Positions 9,871 to 18,443 of a DNA stretch of 64,000 nt are shown piece after piece (within the stretch, counting starts at the first letter, position 1; each line of letters starts with the position of its first letter). Position numbers and translations under genes: made by a program. Source of the stretch: Candidatus Poribacteria bacterium (GTDB taxonomy: Bacteria > Poribacteria > WGA-4E > WGA-3G); the NCBI GenBank assembly GCA_963665235.2, contig CAXXLX010000001.1:3456001-3520000 (forward strand), written 5' to 3'. A model generated the notes under the pieces. That model was not told the DNA's origin, ran no database searches, and saw only the letters and a list, made by a program, of their open reading frames with translations.

Positions 9871-10275
9871 TCACTTCTTTAGATTTTCAAGATGTTGCCT
9901 AACTTTTTCTTTGTCTTTGTAACCTAATTCCAATGCTATTTCAAAAGCTTTCTGAGCACTAATACGGTCGTTCCAAAATAGTGCACTTACCCCAATATAG
10001 TAGACATCGGCAGCAGTCTCAGGAGGATTATTAATTACACTTTCGAATAGTTCAATAGCTGCTTCAACTGCTTCCTGCCCTCCGTGCGCGAAGTCGGACT
10101 CAACGAAATCAGCCTCATAGTTGGAGCAAAGCCGAACAGCATTGTCATAATCGATAATAGCTTTTTCAAGTTCACCTATTCCGTAATAGGCGTATCCCCT
10201 GTTTAGGTATACTGTGGCATCGTCTGGGTTAAGTCGAACGGCTTCGTCCAACTCACGAATGGTTTGGTCATCCAT
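9871..10275 (-). CDS. Short TPR protein with shared C-terminal domain (paralog 1)
   Basis: MDDQTIRELDEAVRLNP start, one TPR, then the shared tail; GGAG RBS. Confidence 0.85.
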   Translation of the reverse strand: MDDQTIRELDEAVRLNPDDATVYLNRGYAYYGIGELEKAIIDYDNAVRLCSNYEADFVESDFAHGGQEAVEAAIELFESVINNPPETAADVYYIGVSALFWNDRISAQKAFEIALELGYKDKEKVRQHLENLKK

Positions 10276-10316
10276 GTAGTAATCTCCACTGTCCTTGACG
10301 ATTTAATCTTGGATTC

Positions 10317-10492
10317 ATTATACGATATTTTATGAAAAAGTCAAAGTTAATTTTTGATATTTCGGCTATTTTCCGTATCGTTTTCGCCAGATACCATTTA
10401 AATATAGCAGAAAACCGTCGGGGTGTCAACAATCTTTTCGCAAAAAATGTGTTAATTTTCTTAGATTTTAGTATTTTTAAGAATTTTGTCAA
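10317..10492 (-). promoter_or_regulatory. Three tandem sigma70-like promoters upstream of the TPR cluster
   Basis: Minus strand TTGACA-N16-TAAAAT (10492-10465), TTGACA-N17-TATATT (10429-10401), TTGACT-N16-TATAAT (10344-10317). Confidence 0.55.
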
Positions 10493-10560
10493 GATTTTTT
10501 TGTGAGGGTGTGCAAATATTTTGTCCATGGGGTCTCAATTTAGCGTGTAACCCCCACTGC

Positions 10561-11277
10561 TTAGTCAGCAATCAGAAGATCTGGCAATTCAGTGAGACTC
10601 TGAATCGTCTCCTCCCATCTGCCGGTTTGTGTGTTGTCTCGGTCAAGCAATATCGGACGAATCCCTACACCTTGTGCCCCGACAATATCCGCCCCGTAAG
10701 TATCCCCGACATGAACTGCCTCTTCCGCCGAAACGCCGACTGCTGTAAGCGTCCAGTTGAAAATATGCGAATCCGGCTTTGCCGACCTAACACGCGCATC
10801 GTGTGAGGCGACAATTATGTCAAAATAGTGGGCAATACCGAGCCGCTCGGCAAGCGGGTCTAACGGCGTATCCCAATTGGAAACAATCGCTAACTTGAAA
10901 CCCGCATCTCGCAAACGCTGAAGGGTCGGAACAACATCATCGTAGAGTGCTGCACTGTTCACACTAGCAAAAAGTGGGTGTCCAGCAGATTGTAACAACT
11001 CCCACGCTATCTGCTCCACCTGTTCCTGAATGCCGAGCTCCCTTATAAATTCGCATTCTTGCATCATCACGGTTATCGAAAATTCCAGCAGAGAATAATC
11101 GGTAGTAGGGGCAGGTGCCGATGTGCTGGCAAAGAGGCGTTCCATCGCTGTTTCAAAGCGTTCCCAATTGATTTCAACGCGATACCGCTCGGCAATTTTC
11201 CGAAGGCTGCGTTCAAACGAGTGTGCCTCGTGAACAAACAGAGTCTTGTAGAAATCGAAGAAAACCGCTTTTATCAT
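10561..11277 (-). CDS. HAD-IA family hydrolase
   Basis: KAVFFDFYKTL, IVSNWD, KPD, HVGDT...DIVGA. Confidence 0.9.
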   Translation of the reverse strand: MIKAVFFDFYKTLFVHEAHSFERSLRKIAERYRVEINWERFETAMERLFASTSAPAPTTDYSLLEFSITVMMQECEFIRELGIQEQVEQIAWELLQSAGHPLFASVNSAALYDDVVPTLQRLRDAGFKLAIVSNWDTPLDPLAERLGIAHYFDIIVASHDARVRSAKPDSHIFNWTLTAVGVSAEEAVHVGDTYGADIVGAQGVGIRPILLDRDNTQTGRWEETIQSLTELPDLLIAD

Positions 11278-11294
11278 AGTTAATGCTTTGTCAA

Positions 11295-11376
11295 GTATAG
11301 AAATCGCGAGCACAGCTCGCTCCTACAAGAGGACAATTTAAGGGTATAGAAATCGCGAGCACAGCTCGCTCCTACA
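11295..11376 (-). repeat. REP doublet (TGTAGGAGCGAGCTGTGCTCGCGATTTCTATAC x2, 49-bp period)
   Basis: Two identical 33-bp copies with a GCGAGC-aca-GCTCGC hairpin; the second supplies the TAG stop of the adjacent HAD gene. Confidence 0.85.
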
Positions 11377-12067
11377 GCAATGCCGGCAATTCCACAAGAC
11401 TCTGAATCGTCTCCTCCCATCTGCCGGTTTGTGTGTTGTCTCGGTCAAGCAATATCGGACGAATCCCTACACCTTGGGCCCCGACGATATCCGCGTTGTA
11501 TGTATCCCCAACATGAACCGCCTCTTCCGCCGAAACGCCGATGGCTGTAAGCGTCCAGTTGAAAATATGCGAATCCGGTTTCGCCGACCTGACACGCGCA
11601 TCGTGTGAGGCGACAATTATGTCAAAATAGTGGGCAATACCGAGCCGCTCGGCAAGCGGGTCTAACGGCGTATCCCAATTGGAAACAATCGCTAACTTGA
11701 AACCCGCATCCTGCAAGTGCTGAAGTGTTGGAACAACATCATCGTAGAGCGTCGCGTTGCCTGCAGCGAAGAGCGAATGTTCAGATTGCAGCAGCTCCCA
11801 CGTCATCTGGTCCAGATACTCCTGAACGCCGACCTCCTTTAGAAAATTGCGGTAGTTATCCACCATTTGGTGCATCGTCTCTATAAGCTCGTGGGTATTC
11901 GGGTCGGAGTCGGACGCATCCGCGTAGAGGTTTCCCCGCGCGATTTCATAACGTTTCCAGTCAATTTCGAACTGATACCGGGCAGCAATTCTTTGGAGAC
12001 TCACGTCAAGTGGCTGCCCCCAAACACATAAAGTCTTATAAAAATCGAAAAAAACGGCTTTTGTCAT
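11372..12067 (-). CDS. HAD-IA family hydrolase (tandem paralog)
   Basis: Same HAD motifs; 3' half nearly identical in DNA to 10561-11277. Confidence 0.9.
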   Translation of the reverse strand: MTKAVFFDFYKTLCVWGQPLDVSLQRIAARYQFEIDWKRYEIARGNLYADASDSDPNTHELIETMHQMVDNYRNFLKEVGVQEYLDQMTWELLQSEHSLFAAGNATLYDDVVPTLQHLQDAGFKLAIVSNWDTPLDPLAERLGIAHYFDIIVASHDARVRSAKPDSHIFNWTLTAIGVSAEEAVHVGDTYNADIVGAQGVGIRPILLDRDNTQTGRWEETIQSLVELPALL

Positions 12068-12071
12068 ATTT

Positions 12072-12640
12072 TTATACGTTTTCGAAGAGCGTTTTAGTGA
12101 AGTCTTCAATGTTAATTGAAAATGTCTCATTTTTAATTGTAGCATAAACTTCCAGTTTGTGCTCTTTATTGTAGCATAAACTTCCAGTTTGTGCTCTTTA
12201 TTGTAGCATAAACTTCCAGTTTGTGTCTTCCGTTCTCCGTTTGATTTCTAACAACCGGTAATGATAGAATAATTAATAAAAATGGTATTATTTGCCTTAA
12301 CAGCGTTAAGATACAGCTGTTCGAGCCGCTGCAAGTCGTCAATATCTTCAAGGACAGGTGTTAGGACACACCCTATATCTACATTGAATTTTGTGTTGAG
12401 GACTGTGATGAGGTTGCTGCGAGTAGCCGTTTTTGCGCCTTGCTGGTATCCCTCTTTCCTGAACTTTTCGCGTTGTCTTTGGAGAAAAGGTGATTCTTGC
12501 ATAAGTGCCTCCGGTATTTTTTCAAACAGACTTGGTTCATGTACGAGCCCTCCGAAGATAGAAAGTCCGTATAACAGATTTGCTTTTGTTGGTGCATCGG
12601 TAGATATAGCCGTTGTTGCCTCAATGCATCGCTCCACCCA
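12072..12640 (-). pseudogene. Diverged duplicate of the 3' part of rpn (RpnS-like cassette), interrupted by MITE-A1
   Basis: Begins right after the rpn stop with WVERCIEATT...; internal GGAGG-N5-ATG at 12502; original end IEDFTKTLFENV* lies at 12072-12111 beyond the MITE. Confidence 0.8.
12115..12287. mobile_element. MITE-A copy 1 with 3 GTAG hairpin units (left TIR deleted)
   Basis: Shares ATTGAAAATGTCTC left part and ...GAATAATTAATAAAAATGGTA right end with the other copies; removal at TTA restores the host frame. Confidence 0.8.
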
Positions 12641-12642
12641 CT

Positions 12643-13563
12643 TTATACGTTGAGCGTTTTAGTGAAGTCTTCAATGCTATTCGCCTTAACAGCGTTAAGA
12701 AGCAGCTGTTCAAGCCGCTGCAAGTCGTCAATATCTTCAAGTGCGAGTGTTAGGACACGCCCTATATCTACATTGAATTTTGCGTTGAGGACTGCGATGA
12801 GGTTTCTGCAAGTAGCTGCTTTTTCGCCTTGTTGTCGACCTTCTTCGCGCCCCTCTTTGCGTCCCACTTCGCGTCCCTCTTTCCCGAACTTTTCACGTTG
12901 TCTTTGGAGGAAAGGTGATTCTTGCATAAGTGCCTCCGGTATTTTTTCAAACAGACTTGGTTCATGTACGAGCCCTCCGAAGATGGAAAGTCCGTATAAC
13001 AGATTTGCTTTTGTCGGTGCATCGGTAGATATAGCCGTTGTTGCCTCAATGCATCGCTCTACCCACTGTTCAGAAGACATGCCATCAGGCGGTTTCATCA
13101 GCGGGGTGAACGGTAATAGCCTGGGCATTTGTGCCTCTATAATCGATTGCCCCTCTACCTGAATGAGCCGTATGACTTTATAGCTGATATGATAATTGTA
13201 GTCACCCCAGCTATATGTATAGTGCCCCGGGTCGTTTTTCCCAGCGTTTGGGTCAATATAGATTACGTTGGAATAGACAGGTTTCTGGTATTCACCGACG
13301 AGATATCCTTGATATTGCGCGTTTCGGAACCACATCGGTTTTTCCGTGCTGTCCCGGAGTTGTAGTTCAATGTGTAGAATAGCCTCTTGCTCGTTGAGGC
13401 GGATGTGCTTGGTAAAGTCTGTACGAAACGCACGAACTATTTGTTGCTCGGTGGCAACATCCGATAGCACTTCTACCTGTGGCGTATCCAAGACAAAACT
13501 TGCAAGGTCAGTAATCTGTTCATTGAGGATATCTTTTCCGACTGTGTTGAATTCTTGTGCCAT
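12643..13563 (-). CDS. Rpn-family PD-(D/E)XK nuclease / putative transposase
   Basis: RTDF...ILHIELQ...MWFRNAQY N-terminus, LLPFTPLM, MQESPF followed by EG-rich repeats and a helical tail. Confidence 0.85.
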   Translation of the reverse strand: MAQEFNTVGKDILNEQITDLASFVLDTPQVEVLSDVATEQQIVRAFRTDFTKHIRLNEQEAILHIELQLRDSTEKPMWFRNAQYQGYLVGEYQKPVYSNVIYIDPNAGKNDPGHYTYSWGDYNYHISYKVIRLIQVEGQSIIEAQMPRLLPFTPLMKPPDGMSSEQWVERCIEATTAISTDAPTKANLLYGLSIFGGLVHEPSLFEKIPEALMQESPFLQRQREKFGKEGREVGRKEGREEGRQQGEKAATCRNLIAVLNAKFNVDIGRVLTLALEDIDDLQRLEQLLLNAVKANSIEDFTKTLNV

Positions 13564-13573
13564 GGTAGTATTA

Positions 13574-13966
13574 TACCATTTCTAATTGAAAATGTCTCTT
13601 TCTTGTAGCATAAACTTCCAGTTTGTGCGGTTCTTGTAGCATAAACTTCCAGTTTGTGCGATTCTTGTAGCATAAACTTTTAGTTTGTGCGGTTCTTGTA
13701 GCATAAACTTCCAGTTTGTGCGGTTCTTGTAGCATAAACTTCCAGTTTGTGCGGTTCTTGTAGCATAAACTTCCAGTTTGTGCGGTTCTTGTAGCATAAA
13801 CTTCCAGTTGTGCGGTTCTTGTAGCATAAACTATTTGTTTGTGCGGTTCTTGTAGCATAAGCACTTCCAGTTTGGCGGTATCTTGTAACATAAACTTCCA
13901 GATCTGGGTCTTCCGTTTCATCTTTCTAAACAACCGGTAATGATAGAATAATTAATAAAAATGGTA
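13574..13966. mobile_element. MITE-A copy 2 with 10 tandem ~31-bp GTAG hairpin units
   Basis: TIRs TACCATTTCTAATT / AATAAAAATGGTA, TTA direct repeat on both sides; unit GTAGCATAAACTTCCAGTTTGTGC-GGTTCTT. Confidence 0.85.
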
Positions 13967-14043
13967 TTATATAATAGGTTGTGCTCGATAGCAAGACAAA
14001 AATATCAGATATCAAACGGGATAAAACGGTTATCGTGCTGCAT

Positions 14044-14765
14044 TTAGCGATAACGGGTCGGATCGGAGATGCCGGCGGCTTCAAAACCTTTCCTTCGAAG
14101 CAGACAGCTATCGCAGCCGCCACACACACTGCCATCCGCGCTTGGGTCGTAGCAACTCAACGTGAGACTATAATCTACCCCGAGCGATGCCCCGATTTGG
14201 ATAATTTCCGCCTTCGTTTTATCAATAAGCGGCGTACGGATTTTTAGGTCCGTTTTTCCTTCAACACCCGCTTGTGTCGCAAGGTTCGCCATCGTTTGAT
14301 AGGCGTGTATGTACTCCGGCCGACAATCCGGATAACCGCTATAGTCGATAGCATTGACCCTATAAAAATGGTATCGGCATTAAGCACTTCAGCCCACGCA
14401 AGCGCGTAAGAGAGAAAAATTGTGTTTCTTGCAGGTACGTAGGTTATCGGGATACCCTCCTCCATTTCTGTATCGGACCTATCTTTCGGGACCGCAATGT
14501 CTGCTGTTAAGGCAGACGCGCCGAAGATACGCAAATCGATGTCAATAACGTTGTGCTGTTTCACACCGAATGCCCTCGCGATATTCTCTGCACACGCCAA
14601 TTCTACTTTATGCCGTTGCCCATATCGAAAACTCATCGCGTAGACCTCGTAACCTTCATCGCGTGCGATAGCGAGGGTGGTTGTCGAATCTATGCCGCCA
14701 CTCAGTAAGACAACAGCTTTTGGCGCAGCTTGTGAGTTAGAACGTGCTGTTAAAATTTTAGCCAC
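14044..14765 (-). pseudogene. queC: 7-cyano-7-deazaguanine synthase, split by a single-base frameshift (possibly a sequencing error)
   Basis: [20 protein letters not shown], then [11 protein letters not shown] and SCY...CGGCDSC in another frame; one extra G at 14358-14360 restores [15 protein letters not shown]. Confidence 0.9.
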
Positions 14766-14831
14766 CGGTCCCCTTTCCAGAGATTGCTGGAGGGGGGGTG
14801 GCAGGAAAATCCAGCCACCCCTTAATCTCTC

Positions 14832-15359
14832 CTATGCCTTTTCGAACTCGAGCTTCGCGAAACGGAGGAAAATACCGCCGCCCGGTCTGCCAAAAGGCCC
14901 ATTGACAGCTAAGCATGCAATAACATGTTTTGCCCCGGGCTCAGCGCTCTCTGTGACAACGACACGTTGCGGTGCATTGAAGCCGGATGCAGCTCCACGA
15001 CCTGACTTTCCGAAAGCGAGGTCAATTTCGCCATCGACCCACACTTCACCGTAGTCGTCAATACATGTATGAAACCATACCTGTGAACCGGCAATCGAAA
15101 CGCCATCGACCTCTTCAGGAAGCGTAACAGTAATCCGATACCAACCGAAGCACAAACCTGTTAAGACGACTTCCTGGATATTCTCACAAACATCCCAGCC
15201 TGAATCGTCATAATCAGCGAGGCGTGCGGGTGTGTCTGGCCGCCTGTCGACCAATCCGCCGTTCGGTTCGCCTGGGACCAGCCCATCCGCATAACGCCAT
15301 TGGGCATCTGTTAGTTCAAGGTGTTCAGCATTTTCTAAATCAAGTGTTGCAATAATCAT
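14832..15359 (-). CDS. Hypothetical protein, galactose-binding/GH2 sugar-binding-like fold
   Basis: DYDDSGW, GWYRITVTLP, IDDYGEVWVDG pattern; AAGGA RBS. Confidence 0.6.
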   Translation of the reverse strand: MIIATLDLENAEHLELTDAQWRYADGLVPGEPNGGLVDRRPDTPARLADYDDSGWDVCENIQEVVLTGLCFGWYRITVTLPEEVDGVSIAGSQVWFHTCIDDYGEVWVDGEIDLAFGKSGRGAASGFNAPQRVVVTESAEPGAKHVIACLAVNGPFGRPGGGIFLRFAKLEFEKA

Positions 15360-15377
15360 GTGCTATCCTTTCTTAGT

Positions 15378-16559
15378 TTAAGTTTGGTTGTGCCAAAGTT
15401 TATAGGCAATACCTGTTGAAAAAATCAGGAAAATTCCTGCGACAATAAATGGAACCTGAGCAGAGATGTTAAGCAGAAGACCCCCTGCGACATAACCGAG
15501 GAAAAATCCGGTGCTCCAGGCCAGATGGACGAGTCCGACCCCGTGTCCCTTTTCGTGAGGTTCGGTGAATTCATTGATAAACCGCGGGATAGTTGTTGAA
15601 AGTGCCCATGCTGCCCCTGTCCCGAGTATGCCGAAAACCTCCAGTGCTACTAACGAGTCGTGAAAAAATGCCACGCCAAAGGCAAGAAGTGTAACGATTG
15701 TACTGGCAACCAAAGCGGGGGTGCGATGCCCAACACGGTCGCAAATTCTTCCGACTACAAGTTGGCACCCGCAAGCGAACAGTAGACTCATTGCACCGTA
15801 ATAGCCTGTCGCTTTTACACCGGCAAGGCGTGCAACTAAAATAGGCATGAGCAGATTCACGGAGCCCCAATAGTAGGTTGGGAACACGCGTAAACCGATT
15901 AGCAGCCGCATCTCCCGCCGCCGACTCAAGCTTAGATATGCCCCAATATTAAGGATCGATTTCCATAGTCCCTCACGTTTCTGTCGGTCTTTGGTGGTGT
16001 GTTGTTGTGCCAGCCGCGGCAAAAGGAGGCACGCTGCTAAAAATAGCACGCTAGCCCCGAAAACGGCACCACTCCCGAAAACCTTGTAATTGCTACGGGC
16101 GATAACTTCACCCGCAATAGCATTTCCGACTGCACTTCCGACAGTACTGCTGATAAAATAGAGCCCTGTTGCCCACCCCAACCGGTCCGACGGCACCACA
16201 CGGATGAGATACGATTGTCCACCGGCAGTTTTAAAACCGGAGGCGAGCCCCTGATAGCAGAGAATCCCCCATAAGAACAGCGGCATCGTTGTCGTGAAGA
16301 GCCCACCTATCACTATCGCGCCGGTCATGCCGATAAGCAGGGTCAGTTTCTGCCCGAACCGGTCGCTGAGCGTACCGCCAATCAGGGCAGAGATGCCGCC
16401 AAGTCCGATAGGCAGAGCACGCAAGATTGCCGCAAAAAACGGTTTTTTTCTTAAAACCTCCTCAGTATACACCGGAAAAAACGTCTGTAGTACTGGGCTC
16501 GTTATCAAACCGACAACAAACACGATGAGGCAAAGGAATATGAAACCTCGAGTCCACAT
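15378..16559 (-). CDS. MFS transporter
   Basis: About 12 hydrophobic segments; GTLSDRFGQK and GRICDRVGHR motif A. Confidence 0.88.
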   Translation of the reverse strand: MWTRGFIFLCLIVFVVGLITSPVLQTFFPVYTEEVLRKKPFFAAILRALPIGLGGISALIGGTLSDRFGQKLTLLIGMTGAIVIGGLFTTTMPLFLWGILCYQGLASGFKTAGGQSYLIRVVPSDRLGWATGLYFISSTVGSAVGNAIAGEVIARSNYKVFGSGAVFGASVLFLAACLLLPRLAQQHTTKDRQKREGLWKSILNIGAYLSLSRRREMRLLIGLRVFPTYYWGSVNLLMPILVARLAGVKATGYYGAMSLLFACGCQLVVGRICDRVGHRTPALVASTIVTLLAFGVAFFHDSLVALEVFGILGTGAAWALSTTIPRFINEFTEPHEKGHGVGLVHLAWSTGFFLGYVAGGLLLNISAQVPFIVAGIFLIFSTGIAYKLWHNQT

Positions 16560-16563
16560 AAGC

Positions 16564-18234
16564 TCACGCCGCGTCAGTAGGACATTTTTCTGAAAACCTA
16601 TCTGGAAAATACCGCATCAAGCTGTCAGTAATATTCGGGGCGGCGGTACCGAGCCCACACGCGCTTGTTGCCTTCATGACTCCCCCAATCTCTGAAATCA
16701 GCTCCTGTGATTTCGATGACAACGGGGCAGACAAAAGCTCTGTAAGCCGATATGTTCCGATACGACACGGAAAACATTTTCCGCAGGATTCCTCAGCGAA
16801 AAATTCCATTGCGTTGTGTGCAACATCCAGCATATCCCGCGTGTTATCAAACACCATAATACCGCCCGCGCCGAGCATCGCGCCGACCTTTTGAAAACTC
16901 TGTTCATCAATTGCAATGTCCAAGTCAGATTCACCGATAAACCCGCCTGACAATCCCGCCGATGTAATGGCTTGGATTGTGTGTCCCGCCTTAGGTCCGC
17001 CTGCCCATTCGTAGAGGAGCGTCTTCAATGGAAGTCCAAACGGCACTTCGTAATTTCCCGGGCGTTGGACATCGCCAGAAAGACTGATAATCTTTGTGCC
17101 GGATAGGTTTGCATCGTAGCTCAGGTCTTGATACCACCTAGCTCCGTGTCGCAAAATCTGTGTAGCAGCGGCGAGCGTCTCCACGTTGTTTACGACAGTC
17201 GGGAGGTTTTCAAAACCGTGCGTCACAGGGTATGGGGGTCGATTTCTTGGAAACGGGTGTTTTCCTTCAAGGCTGTTCAACAATGCCCCCTCTTCACCGC
17301 AGACGTAGGCACCTGCCCCGCGGCGGATGTCCAGACGAAAATGAAACTGTTCACCGAGGATAGTCTCGCCGATTAACCCTGCTGCTTCCGCTTCCGCGAG
17401 TGCACGTTCAAGCGTTTTAAGCGTTTCTGGATATTCATATCGAAGATAGATAAACCCGCGCGTCGCGCCAGTTGCGTAGGCAGCAAGTGTCATGCCTTCT
17501 ATAACAACGTGTGGGTCATAATCGAGAATAACCCGGTCTTTGAAACAGCCCGGTTCACCTTCATCAGCGTTGCAGACGATTGTTTTCGGTTCGCCGGGGG
17601 CATTCAGTACAGCGTCCCATTTCGCGCCTGTTGGAAATCCCGCGCCGCCTCTGCCAGATAGTTGACTCTCCTTAAGGATGTCAATTACATCTTGTGGGGT
17701 GAGTTCTGTTATTGCATGCGTCAATGCTTGATAACCACCCGTGCGTCTGTAGCCTGTGAACGTGTTGTGTTCAGGTTCACGAATTTCGGCGAAGATACAC
17801 TCTTCGCTATCGCCTGGGTGTGGTGGTGGCAAGGGTGTGGGATGCACTGCAAGGGTATCCACCCGTTTTCCTGTGAGGACTTGATGTCCTTTGAGAACAG
17901 GCACGCAGTCGTCACATCTGCCAGCACACGGCATCGGTGTCGCGCCTTCGCTTTTCTGAAGGGCATCAAGGATTTCTAACCCCCCGTTTAATCGGCAGAC
18001 AGGCCCGGTACAGACGCGCGGTGCGTTCTGTCCTGAGGAAGCCTCCCGGGAAAAATGGTGGTAAAACGTTAATGTACCGAAGAGCTCCGCGAGCGGAATC
18101 CGAAATCCTACTGCAATGTCCCGAAGTGCTGCCTCAGAGATGAAACCATCCCGGTCGTGAAATGCGTGTAACACGCTGAGGAGGGGGGCAGGCGCGTTAC
18201 GCCAGTTTGCTATGAGTTCAGCATTTGTTGGCAT
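16564..18234 (-). CDS. NuoE/NuoF-like fused diaphorase subunit
   Basis: N-terminal TFYHHF...CTGPVC...CAGRC; GRGGAGFPTG, CNADEGEPG, GAGAYVCGEE, ESCGKCFPCRIG, SACGLG. Confidence 0.88.
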   Translation of the reverse strand: MPTNAELIANWRNAPAPLLSVLHAFHDRDGFISEAALRDIAVGFRIPLAELFGTLTFYHHFSREASSGQNAPRVCTGPVCRLNGGLEILDALQKSEGATPMPCAGRCDDCVPVLKGHQVLTGKRVDTLAVHPTPLPPPHPGDSEECIFAEIREPEHNTFTGYRRTGGYQALTHAITELTPQDVIDILKESQLSGRGGAGFPTGAKWDAVLNAPGEPKTIVCNADEGEPGCFKDRVILDYDPHVVIEGMTLAAYATGATRGFIYLRYEYPETLKTLERALAEAEAAGLIGETILGEQFHFRLDIRRGAGAYVCGEEGALLNSLEGKHPFPRNRPPYPVTHGFENLPTVVNNVETLAAATQILRHGARWYQDLSYDANLSGTKIISLSGDVQRPGNYEVPFGLPLKTLLYEWAGGPKAGHTIQAITSAGLSGGFIGESDLDIAIDEQSFQKVGAMLGAGGIMVFDNTRDMLDVAHNAMEFFAEESCGKCFPCRIGTYRLTELLSAPLSSKSQELISEIGGVMKATSACGLGTAAPNITDSLMRYFPDRFSEKCPTDAA

Positions 18235-18443
18235 CTATTTCTCCACTGTTATTTGGAAATTACGCGTGAACAATCTACTAGAAAATTGCGTTCACTAATT
18301 AGGGTATCAGATTTGCGAATTATAGTCAACATTTTTTCTGGAAAGCTAGAATAAACATCCATCCCAAATTCACGTCAAAATAGAAATATCCATTTTTGAT
18401 TGCAGCACGACGGTCAGGTTAACTGCCGGAAAGGAAGTTCACA

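Noticed and set aside
13473-13933. Repetitive ORFs (KLEVYAT/WKFMLQ), also 12166-12351 and 53402-53719
   Set aside because: Translations of MITE-A arrays
12115-13966. MITE-flanked composite transposon carrying rpn
   Set aside because: Each MITE has its own TTA site and rpn-derived sequence continues outside copy 1, so they are independent insertions
14766-14831. preQ1 riboswitch upstream of queC
   Set aside because: Only a GC-rich hairpin; no preQ1 loop or A-rich tail recognisable
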